From Gammaproteobacteria bacterium (lineage in GTDB: Bacteria > Pseudomonadota > Gammaproteobacteria > Acidiferrobacterales > Sulfurifustaceae), in contig SCRL01000006.1 in NCBI GenBank assembly GCA_004298065.1, positions 28,975 to 92,974 on the forward strand: DNA of 64,000 nucleotides, written 5' to 3'. Below are positions 45,760 through 54,752 of the stretch, piece after piece. Made by a program: the position numbers and the translations under genes. The notes beneath the pieces are model-generated. The model saw only the letters and a program-made list of their open reading frames with translations. It was not told the origin of the DNA and did no database searches. How positions within the stretch are numbered: position 1 is the first letter of the stretch; each line of letters starts with the position of its first letter.

Positions 45760-45995
45760 GAAGATCTGCGCGCCGTGTATCGCCCTCCGCGATATCCTCG
45801 TGGTATCGCTTCAGGCCGGTCTCCGGGCTTGCGAGCGGGTTTCCCCGGACCTGCGCCTTCCCGTGCCATTGCACAGTGGCGTGATGCAGATCCTTGACTC
45901 GTTTACCGTTGCGGGGGCAGCGCCGGACTGGTTCCATTCTGGAACGCACCGGCTTCCCGTTTCACCCCGTGGATGGATTACCCACGGGGAACCTG
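45760..45995 (-). promoter_or_regulatory. cobalamin (B12) riboswitch leader of the cob operon
   Basis: The minus strand reads ...GGGAAGCCGGTGCG...GCTGCCCCCGCAACGGTAA...AGCCCGGAGACCGGCC. The last string is the B12 box (plus-strand coordinates 45814-45829). Confidence 0.85.
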
Positions 45996-46055
45996 AAGCT
46001 TTACTAAAGATGCGCCGAGTCTATGCCGCGGGTGGCAAGCTGTCAAAACCCTGCA

Positions 46056-46547
46056 TCACGACCCCAAAAGCAGCGGGGGTTCCGACGGTTCCGGTGAGAA
46101 CCGCGCGGTGACAATACGCAACACGACGAGCGTGACGATCACCCCCAGACCGAGCAGCACCTTGCCGGGCGAGAACTCCCGGAACCATAAACCCATGAGC
46201 TCCGTGATGAGCACCACCAGCGCGGTGTCGAGGATGAAGGTCACGCGCACGCGCCCGAGATTCAGATAGATCTGCAGCGTGCGGACCACCTCGAGCAGGG
46301 CGAGGACGAGGAGCGCGTTGATGATCGTGCGCTCGGCGACCGCCGCCCAACCTTGTTCGAAGATCTCTTTGAGCCCGGACAGGATATTCACCACGCCCGC
46401 CGCCATCCACAGGCACAGCGCCACGATGAGCATGCCGGTGAGGATGCGGACCAACGAGGGATAGAGCGTGTCAGTAAAGAAGCCGATAGCCTCGCCGACT
46501 CTGGCGTCACTGCGCGACCGCATATCCATGGTATTTACCCCTTCCAT
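46056..46547 (-). CDS. psiE: PsiE-family (phosphate-starvation-inducible) membrane protein
   Basis: Four-helix membrane protein with the LLEVVRTL ... FILDTALVV pattern I associate with PsiE. Confidence 0.65.
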   Translation of the reverse strand: MEGVNTMDMRSRSDARVGEAIGFFTDTLYPSLVRILTGMLIVALCLWMAAGVVNILSGLKEIFEQGWAAVAERTIINALLVLALLEVVRTLQIYLNLGRVRVTFILDTALVVLITELMGLWFREFSPGKVLLGLGVIVTLVVLRIVTARFSPEPSEPPLLLGS

Positions 46548-46653
46548 CTATATATAAGACGTGCGGATATTAGCCGGTGCAGATGAATACGGGATTAAAC
46601 CGGCGTGAAATCCTTCTGAAGGCATAGGCGGGACGATCGGTGGTCAGCCGCGG

Positions 46654-46869
46654 TCATGCCGGCCGCCCGGCGAGACCCTTGGCCCGAACGATCGCATGCC
46701 GACGCGCCTCGACCGTGGCGGCCAAGTCAGCGGGCGACAGCACGCCCTCGCCGCATGCATCGCACCAGTCCCCCGGTTGGTCGACCTCGACGGTGGCGCC
46801 GCGATACGAGAACGGCACCAATCGCGCCTCTCGCTTCAGTTGTCCTTTTCCGCAGACCGGGCACTTCAC
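46654..46869 (-). CDS. YgiT/MqsA-type zinc-finger protein (N-terminal domain only)
   Basis: MKCPVCGKGQL ... CDACGEGVL, a four-Cys zinc ribbon like the MqsA N-terminus. It has no C-terminal HTH, and no MqsR-like partner is nearby. Confidence 0.65.
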   Translation of the reverse strand: MKCPVCGKGQLKREARLVPFSYRGATVEVDQPGDWCDACGEGVLSPADLAATVEARRHAIVRAKGLAGRPA

Positions 46870-47021
46870 GACATTTCAGATCTTGGGCTCAAACGGGTTC
46901 TGATAATATCAAACTGCGAAAACACAACTAACTGATTGCAATATTTTAAATCTTTCGCCTGTAACTTGTGGGTTCAACCAAATCCCGAAAACGCCACTCT
47001 ACCTCGCGATGGACCTGCACC

Positions 47022-47519
47022 ATGATCGGCGACGAGCCCCGCGTTTCCATCGATTACCTAGCCGACCATCCCCGGTTCGTGCTCACGGTCGCGAAGTGGG
47101 TGTTCGACCACTGGGGGAAGATGTACCGCATGCAGTCGGTCGAGGAACAGATCGGGCGGCTCTCCGAACGGCTGAACAAGGACGCCTTCCCGATCGCCTT
47201 CGTCGCGCTGGTCGACGGCAAGCCCGTCGGCACGGCGAGCCTCAAGCTCCGCGAGATGACTACCTATCCCCATCTCGAGCACTGGCTCGGCACCGTGTAC
47301 GTCGACGAAAAGTTTCGCGGCCACGGCATCGGCACCGCACTTGTCGTATGGGCAACGAGGGAGGCGAAGCGGCTCGGCGTGGAGACGCTCTACCTGCATA
47401 CGCCGGACAAGGCGAGCTTCTACCGGCGGCTTGGATGGGAGCCGATCGAGAGACCGGTCTACTTCGGCATGCCCGTCGTTGTCATGAGAAAGGTCTTGCG
47501 CGTGGTAGAAGAGAAATGA
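47022..47519 (+). CDS. GNAT-family N-acetyltransferase
   Basis: The acetyl-CoA binding stretch VYVDEKFRGHGIGTALVVWATREAKRLG. The start at Met 47022 is preferred. Confidence 0.85.
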   Translation: MIGDEPRVSIDYLADHPRFVLTVAKWVFDHWGKMYRMQSVEEQIGRLSERLNKDAFPIAFVALVDGKPVGTASLKLREMTTYPHLEHWLGTVYVDEKFRGHGIGTALVVWATREAKRLGVETLYLHTPDKASFYRRLGWEPIERPVYFGMPVVVMRKVLRVVEEK

Positions 47520-47975
47520 TCGTATCGTCCGTCGCCGACGAAAGGTAGAAGTTTCTGGCATCGCGCGTCAGGCAGGATGCACAACGAGCGCCGCTCTGCT
47601 GAATTCTTTCGGGTTCGTTTAACTTTGAAATCCTGACTCTTGTCATGGAATGGGATACCCAGCAGGTATCCCGTTAAATTCATGCAACTTAGCGGATTCA
47701 AGCCCTCCCAGATTCATGGAACTGGTCTAAACTCTAGGTTTAATCGCCTCCCCTTAGAATATAAGTAGGCGATATCTTCCGGTCTTCTTCATTATTTAAG
47801 CGACGAGAGTTTCAGGCGTCTGCCGAACCCCTGGAGGCAAGGGAATGTGCCCCTATACCAAGACTAAAGGTATCGAGTCTCTTTCCAGACCACCGGATAC
47901 GTTCCTGCCGGACGAATACGGTTGCGCGGCAGCGTGTTCCTTTGCACCTACCCATGCAACCTGGGAGGTCGAGGA

Positions 47976-50438
47976 ATGATACGGGTATCGTCTACTCCCT
48001 TGATTGCGTGCGCCCAGGCTGCGGCGGCCTTCGCGATGCTCGTTGGCGGGCTGGTGCTGATCGGCGGCTGGGCACTCGACATCGCCGCCCTGCGCAGCGT
48101 GCTTCCCGGCCTCGCCACCATGAAGGCCAACACCGCGCTCGGTCTGGCCGGCGCCGGCACCGCGTTGTGGCTGCTGCGGGAAGGCGCCGGCGGGTGGCGT
48201 CGCCGCGCAGGCTTGGCCTGCGCGGGGATCGCGGTCTTGATCGGGGTGCTCACGCTCGCGCAGTATGCCTTCGGCTGGAATCTCGGCATTGACGAGTTGC
48301 TGTTCGCCGATCCTGAAAGCCTGGCAGCGGGCACACCGCCCGGGCGGCCGGCACCGAATACCGCCCTCGCCATCCTGTTGCTCGGTCTCGCGCCGTTGTT
48401 CCTCGATTACGAGACCCGCCGCGGTCGCCGGCCGGCGGAAGGACTGACGCTCGCCGCGGGACTGATCGCTTTCCTCGGCCTGCTCGGCTACGCCTACGGG
48501 GTACGGTCGCTTTACGGCGTCGCGCTTTATTCCTCGATGGCCGTGCATACCGCGTTCGTCGCCCTGCTGCTCGCGCTCGGCGTTCTCTTTGCCCGACCGC
48601 GACGCGGCCTGATGGCGGTCGTCACGGGCGACAGCGCCGGCGGGTACATGGCGCGGCGGCTCCTGCCCACGGCCCTGATCGTGCCGCCGCTCCTGGGCGG
48701 CATCCGGTTGATCGGCGAGCGCGCCGGGCTGTACGGCCTGGAGTTCGGTTTAGCGCTGTTCGCTGCCTCGAACGTCGTGGTGTTCACCGCCCTTGTCTGG
48801 TGGAACGCACATCTGCTGGCGCGCCTCGACCGGCAACGGCACGGCGTGCTGGAGGAACTCCGGCAGGCGAACGAATCGCTGGAACAGCGTGTCGCCGAGC
48901 GTACCGCGGCGTTGCAAGGGGAAGTCGTCGAACGCCGGAAGATCGAGCAGCGGTTCCGCGGCCTCTTCGAGTCCGCGCCGGACGCCATCGTCGTCAGCGA
49001 ACCCGGCGGCAGGATCGTGCTGGCGAACTCGCAGGCGGAGCAGTTGTTCGGCTATACCCGGGAAGAACTGGTCGGACAAACTATCGAGCTGCTCGTCCCC
49101 GAGCGTTTTCATGCCGCGCATCTGACCCACCGCGCCGGGTATGTCGCCGAACCGCGCACGCGCATGATGGGTGCAGGCATGGAGCTGTTCGCGCAGCGCA
49201 AGGACGGCAGCGAATTCCCCGTGGGCATCAGCTTGAGTCCGATCCAGACCGAGCAAGGAACGCTCATCTTCAGCGACATCCGCGACGTCAGCTGGCGCAA
49301 GAAGACCGAACGCGAGCTGCGAGCGAGCGAGGCGCGTTTCCGCGCCGTGTCCGAGACCGCGAACGACGCCGTGATCACCGCGGACCGCGAGGGGAACATC
49401 GTCTATTTCAACCGGGCGGCGGAACGCATCTTCGGTTACAGCGTCGACCAAGCGGTCGGCCAGTCGCTCACGCTGCTCATGCCCGAGCGTTTCCGGGCGT
49501 CCCATGGCGAGGGACTGAAGCGGTTTCTCTCGACCGGCGAGGCGCACGTGGTCGGCAAGACGGTGGAACTGGCCGGCCGGAGACGCGAGGGAGCCGAGTT
49601 TCCGCTGGAGCTGTCGCTCGCGAGCTGGAAGGTCGGCGAGGAGACGTACTTTACCGGGCTGGTGCGCGACATCACGCGACGCCGCCAGGCCGAGCAAGAC
49701 ATCCGGCAATTGAACGACAGTCTGCGGGAGCGGGCCGCCGAGCTGGAGGTCGTCAACAAAGAACTCGAGGCCTTCAGCTATTCGGTCTCGCACGACCTGC
49801 GCGCGCCGCTGCGCGCCATCGACGGTTTCAGCCGCATCCTGCTCGCCGAACATGCCGGCGCGCTGGACGCAACGGCCCGCGACCGCCTGGCGCGCGTGCG
49901 CCGCGCCGCCCAGCACATGGCGGCATTGATCGACGACCTGCTCAAGCTCTCGCGCGTCACGCGCGCCGAGTTGAGCCTGGAGGAAGTGGACCTCGGCGCG
50001 CTCGCGCAAGCGGTCGCGGAGGGATTGCGCGGGCAGGACCCGGCGCGGACCGTGCGTTTCGACATCGCCCGGGGGCTCGCGGCGCGCGCCGATCCCCGCC
50101 TGCTGCGCGTCGCGCTTGAGAACCTGCTCGGCAACGCCTGGAAGTTCACCGGTCGCCGGGCCGAGGCGCACATCGAATTCGGCGCGACCGAACGGGACGG
50201 CCAGGCGGCCTATTTCGTGCGCGACGACGGCGCCGGCTTCGACATGGCCTACGCCGACAAGTTGTTCGGCGCGTTCCAGCGGTTGCACGACGCCGCCGAG
50301 TTCCCCGGCACGGGCATTGGCCTAGCCACGGTACAGCGCATCGTGCACAAGCACGGCGGGCGCGTCTGGGCCGAGGCGGCCGTGGACCGGGGCGCCACGT
50401 TCTACTTCACGCTCGCACAGGAGGGCGTTTATGGATGA
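47976..50438 (+). CDS. membrane-bound PAS/PAS sensor histidine kinase
   Basis: A multi-helix N-terminus, two PAS modules, HisKA ([13 protein letters not shown]) and HATPase (DDGAGFD, GTGIGLA). The start at Met 47976 is preceded by GGAGG. Confidence 0.9.
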   Translation: MIRVSSTPLIACAQAAAAFAMLVGGLVLIGGWALDIAALRSVLPGLATMKANTALGLAGAGTALWLLREGAGGWRRRAGLACAGIAVLIGVLTLAQYAFGWNLGIDELLFADPESLAAGTPPGRPAPNTALAILLLGLAPLFLDYETRRGRRPAEGLTLAAGLIAFLGLLGYAYGVRSLYGVALYSSMAVHTAFVALLLALGVLFARPRRGLMAVVTGDSAGGYMARRLLPTALIVPPLLGGIRLIGERAGLYGLEFGLALFAASNVVVFTALVWWNAHLLARLDRQRHGVLEELRQANESLEQRVAERTAALQGEVVERRKIEQRFRGLFESAPDAIVVSEPGGRIVLANSQAEQLFGYTREELVGQTIELLVPERFHAAHLTHRAGYVAEPRTRMMGAGMELFAQRKDGSEFPVGISLSPIQTEQGTLIFSDIRDVSWRKKTERELRASEARFRAVSETANDAVITADREGNIVYFNRAAERIFGYSVDQAVGQSLTLLMPERFRASHGEGLKRFLSTGEAHVVGKTVELAGRRREGAEFPLELSLASWKVGEETYFTGLVRDITRRRQAEQDIRQLNDSLRERAAELEVVNKELEAFSYSVSHDLRAPLRAIDGFSRILLAEHAGALDATARDRLARVRRAAQHMAALIDDLLKLSRVTRAELSLEEVDLGALAQAVAEGLRGQDPARTVRFDIARGLAARADPRLLRVALENLLGNAWKFTGRRAEAHIEFGATERDGQAAYFVRDDGAGFDMAYADKLFGAFQRLHDAAEFPGTGIGLATVQRIVHKHGGRVWAEAAVDRGATFYFTLAQEGVYG

Positions 50439-50868
50439 AAAAGTGATCTTGCTGGTGGAGGACAACCCGGACGACGAGGCACTGACGCTGCACGCGCTCG
50501 CGACCAATAACATCAAGAACCAGGTGGTCGTGGCGCGCAACGGCGTCGAGGCGCTCGACTACCTGTTCGGCACGGGCGTGCACGCCGGGCGCGACGTGCG
50601 CGACCTGCCGGCGGTGGTGCTGCTCGACCTGAAGCTGCCGAAGGTGGACGGCCTGGAGGTGCTCAAACGCATCCGCGCCGACGAGCGCACGCGCGTGTTG
50701 CCGGTGGTGATCCTTACCTCCTCGCGGGAGGAACAGGACCTGGCCAACGGCTACCGTTTGGGCTGCAACAGCTACGTGCGCAAGCCGGTGGACTTCGACG
50801 AGTTCACGCAGGCGTCGCGCCAGCTCGGGCTGTATTGGTTGCTCTTGAACGAGTCGCCGCCGCGTTAG
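50431..50868 (+). CDS. single-domain response regulator (receiver)
   Basis: [10 protein letters not shown] ... [11 protein letters not shown] ... KP receiver motifs. It overlaps the kinase stop by 8 nt. Confidence 0.9.
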   Translation: MDEKVILLVEDNPDDEALTLHALATNNIKNQVVVARNGVEALDYLFGTGVHAGRDVRDLPAVVLLDLKLPKVDGLEVLKRIRADERTRVLPVVILTSSREEQDLANGYRLGCNSYVRKPVDFDEFTQASRQLGLYWLLLNESPPR

Positions 50869-50887
50869 GGCGGTTGGGGGTCTCGCC

Positions 50888-53113
50888 ATGGAGACGGACA
50901 TGCCGCTGCGCGCGCTGATCGTCGAGGACTCGGAGGACGACGCGCTGCTGCTGGTGCAGCACCTGCGGGAGGGCGGCTACGCGCCGCGCTGGCGGCGCGT
51001 GGACACGCCCGAGGCCCTGGCCGCGGCGATCGAGGCCGAAGAATGGGACATCGTCTTCGCTGACTACACCATGCCGCGCTTCAGCGGCACCCGGGCGCTG
51101 GCCCTGATCCGCGAGCGCGGTCTCGACATGCCGTTCATCTTCGTCTCGGGCACGATCGGGGAAGAGATCGCGGTGCAGGCGATGAAGTCGGGCGCGCACG
51201 ACTACGTCATGAAGAACAACACCAAGCGCCTGCTGCCGGCGATCGAGCGCGAGCTGCGCGAGGCGCAACTGCGGCGTGGGCGCAAACGCGCCGAGGAAGC
51301 GCTGCGTCTGCTGCAGACCGTCACCCAAGCCGCGGCCGAGGCCGGCGACGTGCCCGCGGCGCTGACCGTGACCCTCGAGAAGGTCTGCGAGACCGCCGGC
51401 TGTGCCCTGGGGCAGGCCTGGCTCCCGCGCGCCGACGGAGTGGCGATCGAGTGCAGCCCGGCCTGGTACAGCCGTGGCGGCAACCGCGTGGGGTTTCGTA
51501 CCGCGAGCCTCGGTTTCGCGTTCGCGCCCGGCGAGGGGCTGCCCGGGCGCGTGTGGGCCACGCGTCAACCGGCGTGGGTGTCGGACGTGACGCAGGACGA
51601 TAACTTTCCGCGCGCGCCGTTCGCCCGCGAGGCGGGACTCAAGGCCGCGCTCGGCGTCCCGGTGACGGCCGGCGAGGAGGTGCTCGCGGTGCTCGAGTTC
51701 TTCCTGGACAAACCGCGCCCGCAGGACGCGCAGACGGTCGACCTCGTCGCCGGCGTCGCGGCGCAGCTCGGGAGCGTCCTCCAGCGCAAGCGCGCCGAGG
51801 AGCGCCTGCACTATCTTGCCCACCACGACGCCCTCACGGGCTTGCCCAACCGCGTGTTGTTCACCGACCGCCTCAAACAGGCGTTGGTCGAGGCCGCCCG
51901 GCGCGAGCGCCTGGTGGGGGTTGCGTTCCTGGATCTCGACCGCTTCAAGACCATCAACGACAGCCTCGGCCACGGCATCGGCGATCAGTTCCTCAAGGCC
52001 GTGGCCGAGCGCCTGGCGCGGTGCGTGCGCGAGGGCGATACCGTGGCACGGCTCGCCGGCGACGAATTCACCTTGATCCTGGCCGACATGGGTCACGCTG
52101 ACCACGCTGCGCACGTCACGCAGAAGGTTCTCGATAGCCTCGCGCAGCCGTTTAGCGTAGCCGGGCACGAGCTCTACACCAGCGCGAGCCTGGGCGTCAC
52201 GCTTTACCCGCTCGACGACGGCGACGTAGAGGGGCTGTTGCGCAATGCCGACATCGCCATGTACCGCGCCAAGGAGCGCGGCGGCAACACCTGCGAGTTC
52301 TACGCCGCCGACATGACCGCCAAGGCGCAGGCGCGGCTCGCGCTCGAGAACGCCCTGCGCCGGGCGCTGGAGCGCAGCGAGTTCCTGCTGCACTACCAGC
52401 CGGTGGTGGACCTGAAGAGCGGGCGGATCGCGGGAATCGAGGCGCTCGTCCGCTGGCGCCACCCGGAACGCGGGCTCGTTCCCCCGGCCGAGTTCGTCCC
52501 GGTCGCGGAAGAGACCGGCCTCATCGCGCGCCTCGGCGAGTGGGTGTTGCGCGAAGCCTGCGAGCAGTGCCGGCGCTGCGAGCACGGGGCGGACGGAACG
52601 CCGCCGCGCCTGGCCGTGAATGTCTCGCCGCGCCAGTTCCAGCAGGGCAGTCTCCTCAAGACCGTGACGCGCGCGCTCGAGGACACCGGCTTCGACCCGC
52701 GGCGGCTGGACCTCGAGATCACCGAGACGCTGCTGATGCAGAACGCCGAGAGCGTGCTCGCGGCCATGCGCGAGCTGGGACAGCTCGGGGTGCGGTTCTC
52801 CGTGGACGACTTCGGCACCGGCTACTCGAGCCTCGCCTATCTCAAGCACCTGCCCATCGGCCACGTCAAGATCGACCGCTCGTTCGTGCGCGACATCCCC
52901 GCCGACACCAACGACGCGGCCATCGTCACGGCCATCCTCTCCATGGCGCACAGCCTCGGCATCCAGGTGATCGCCGAAGGCGTGGAGACCGAGGCGCAGT
53001 TTGAGTTCCTGCGCGCCCGGGGCTGCGACGCGATCCAGGGTTTTTACTTCAGCCCACCATTGCCGGCGGAGGAGTTGGCGTTATTGCTGAAGGTAGGAAG
53101 GCCGCCGCTATAG
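50888..53113 (+). CDS. response regulator with REC-GAF-GGDEF-EAL architecture
   Basis: Receiver N-terminus, a GAF-like middle, GGDEF (LAGDEFTLIL) and EAL (EALVRW, DDFGTGYSS). Confidence 0.9.
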   Translation: METDMPLRALIVEDSEDDALLLVQHLREGGYAPRWRRVDTPEALAAAIEAEEWDIVFADYTMPRFSGTRALALIRERGLDMPFIFVSGTIGEEIAVQAMKSGAHDYVMKNNTKRLLPAIERELREAQLRRGRKRAEEALRLLQTVTQAAAEAGDVPAALTVTLEKVCETAGCALGQAWLPRADGVAIECSPAWYSRGGNRVGFRTASLGFAFAPGEGLPGRVWATRQPAWVSDVTQDDNFPRAPFAREAGLKAALGVPVTAGEEVLAVLEFFLDKPRPQDAQTVDLVAGVAAQLGSVLQRKRAEERLHYLAHHDALTGLPNRVLFTDRLKQALVEAARRERLVGVAFLDLDRFKTINDSLGHGIGDQFLKAVAERLARCVREGDTVARLAGDEFTLILADMGHADHAAHVTQKVLDSLAQPFSVAGHELYTSASLGVTLYPLDDGDVEGLLRNADIAMYRAKERGGNTCEFYAADMTAKAQARLALENALRRALERSEFLLHYQPVVDLKSGRIAGIEALVRWRHPERGLVPPAEFVPVAEETGLIARLGEWVLREACEQCRRCEHGADGTPPRLAVNVSPRQFQQGSLLKTVTRALEDTGFDPRRLDLEITETLLMQNAESVLAAMRELGQLGVRFSVDDFGTGYSSLAYLKHLPIGHVKIDRSFVRDIPADTNDAAIVTAILSMAHSLGIQVIAEGVETEAQFEFLRARGCDAIQGFYFSPPLPAEELALLLKVGRPPL

Positions 53114-53396
53114 CGATAAAGGTTGCAGCTACGCAAGGACATGCGCGCGCCAAAGGAACTGCGCCGGAGGATTCGGTCGAGCGCCGATCTCCCGATTTAT
53201 AGTCAGCCGAAGCGCCTGCACAGTTCGTCCATATCTTTGCGACAGATTTTTCGAAATCGCATCGAAGCCGGAGCGACTGATGTAAAATAAAAATCATAAC
53301 CTTCTCTAGCGGTTGCGCATCGCTCTGCATGTTCCGCCCCGCCACCGGCGAACCCGATCAACCAAACAAGGATGGTGATGAAACGTTCTTGGCCGA

Positions 53397-54593
53397 ATGC
53401 CGGGTGTAGCAGCACGCACTCGCAGTCAGGTGGGAGCGGCGCGTCTCGAGCCGGCGCAGCTCGGCCGCATCATCGTCGCGCGTTTTCTGGAGCTGCCCCT
53501 GCGCGCCTTCGAGCGGCGCGTGCACGCGCTGGAGCAAGCACCGGACTTCCGCGCCCTCGACGGGATTTTGTACGTCGGCCGCCTCACGGGTCTGGCGCCG
53601 CTTCGCGCGCGCGGCACGACCGGCAATCGGCTATTGGGCGTCATTCACGTTGACGGCGACAAGCTTGCTTTCCGGTATGCCAGCCCCGCCTTCGACTGCG
53701 TGTACCTCTTCGACGAAACGGCGGTCGCCGAACGTGCGGCGAAAAGCCGCACGACGGCCCGGCTGATCGGCAATCTGCGCTTGGTCAACACCCGCAATCG
53801 GCTGACCCACGCCGTGGTTCAAACATTAATGGGAGCACAAACCGAATTTCTCCTGAGCGGCGACCCGTTGGGATTGCGTGCCCTCAGCCAAGCGGCGCTG
53901 GCGCGGCGGCTGCGAACGGACGGTGTCTGCCCGGTGGACGCGGACCCGAGCCGCCTCTCGCGGCTGCTGCGCTACCTTACGGTGCGCCTGCCCGATGGAG
54001 AGATCGCACCGTTGCGAAGCCTCTGTCCGGCGGCACGGACCTTGCACCGGTATTACGTCGGACAGATTCTCCGGCAGGAACAGGCAATACTGATCGAGGA
54101 CGAAACGCTCGTGCCCATGACCGACCGGGAGATCGCGCGCGCAGCGCTGCGTCAGTTCGACGCACGGCTACTCACGCGGACGGTTTCCTACATCCGCCAC
54201 GACCTCGGCATCCCGGCCGCGCGCGAGCGGCGCCATCGTTCCAAATACCTAGCCGCCACGGTCGGATTCTCCCCGGTCCTGCCCCTGAGCGAGGAGGTCC
54301 TGCGTGTGAGGGTACCGCCGGGGCCGGGGGTCTACGAGCTGCGCTGCGACCGGGCAGCGCCGGATACGTGTCCTATAATCTACCTCGGCAGCGCGCGAAA
54401 CTTGCCGAAGCGCCTCGTGGAGCACCTGCGAGGATACAGCGGCAACGCGCTGTTACGGCCGTTCGTCGAGGAAGGTGTCCGTTTCCGCTATCTGCGGGTG
54501 GCCGAGGGCTGGCGCGAGGTCGAGCGCGCGGTTTATCGAGCGTACTGCGCGACCTTTGATGGTCCGCCGGCGTGCAACCGGCTAAGTCCGTGA
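53397..54593 (+). CDS. sigma-54 (RpoN) C-terminal DNA-binding-region-like protein fused to a GIY-YIG nuclease domain
   Basis: The RpoN-like HTH segment is LSQAALARRL...DPSRLSRLLRYLTVRLPDGEIAPLRSL. The RpoN-box-like string is LTRTVSYIRHDLGIP. The C-terminus GVYELRC...IIYLGSARNLPKRLVEHL...REVERAVY resembles GIY-YIG. The exact start is uncertain. Confidence 0.6.
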   Translation: MPGVAARTRSQVGAARLEPAQLGRIIVARFLELPLRAFERRVHALEQAPDFRALDGILYVGRLTGLAPLRARGTTGNRLLGVIHVDGDKLAFRYASPAFDCVYLFDETAVAERAAKSRTTARLIGNLRLVNTRNRLTHAVVQTLMGAQTEFLLSGDPLGLRALSQAALARRLRTDGVCPVDADPSRLSRLLRYLTVRLPDGEIAPLRSLCPAARTLHRYYVGQILRQEQAILIEDETLVPMTDREIARAALRQFDARLLTRTVSYIRHDLGIPAARERRHRSKYLAATVGFSPVLPLSEEVLRVRVPPGPGVYELRCDRAAPDTCPIIYLGSARNLPKRLVEHLRGYSGNALLRPFVEEGVRFRYLRVAEGWREVERAVYRAYCATFDGPPACNRLSP

Positions 54594-54651
54594 ACGGACG
54601 CACGGTCGACAACAAGAAAAGGGGGTATCAAGTACATGGAAAGAACCTTGC

Positions 54652-54673
54652 GCAAGCAAGCAAGCAAGCAAGC
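54652..54673. repeat. (GCAA)5 tetranucleotide microsatellite
   Basis: gcaagcaagcaagcaagcaagc, about 80 nt upstream of the 54753 sensor gene. Confidence 0.9.
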
Positions 54674-54752
54674 CTGACGTCCACGCCGTTTCGCACGGCC
54701 TAGGCCGGCGGGAAGACGTAGCGATGAAGGAAGCGTTTGCCGCCGCGTCCGC

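Noticed and set aside
45531-45869. 112-aa minus-strand ORF between the B12 riboswitch and cbiA
   Set aside because: It overlaps the riboswitch aptamer and expression platform and has a low-complexity translation. It is more likely a non-coding leader.
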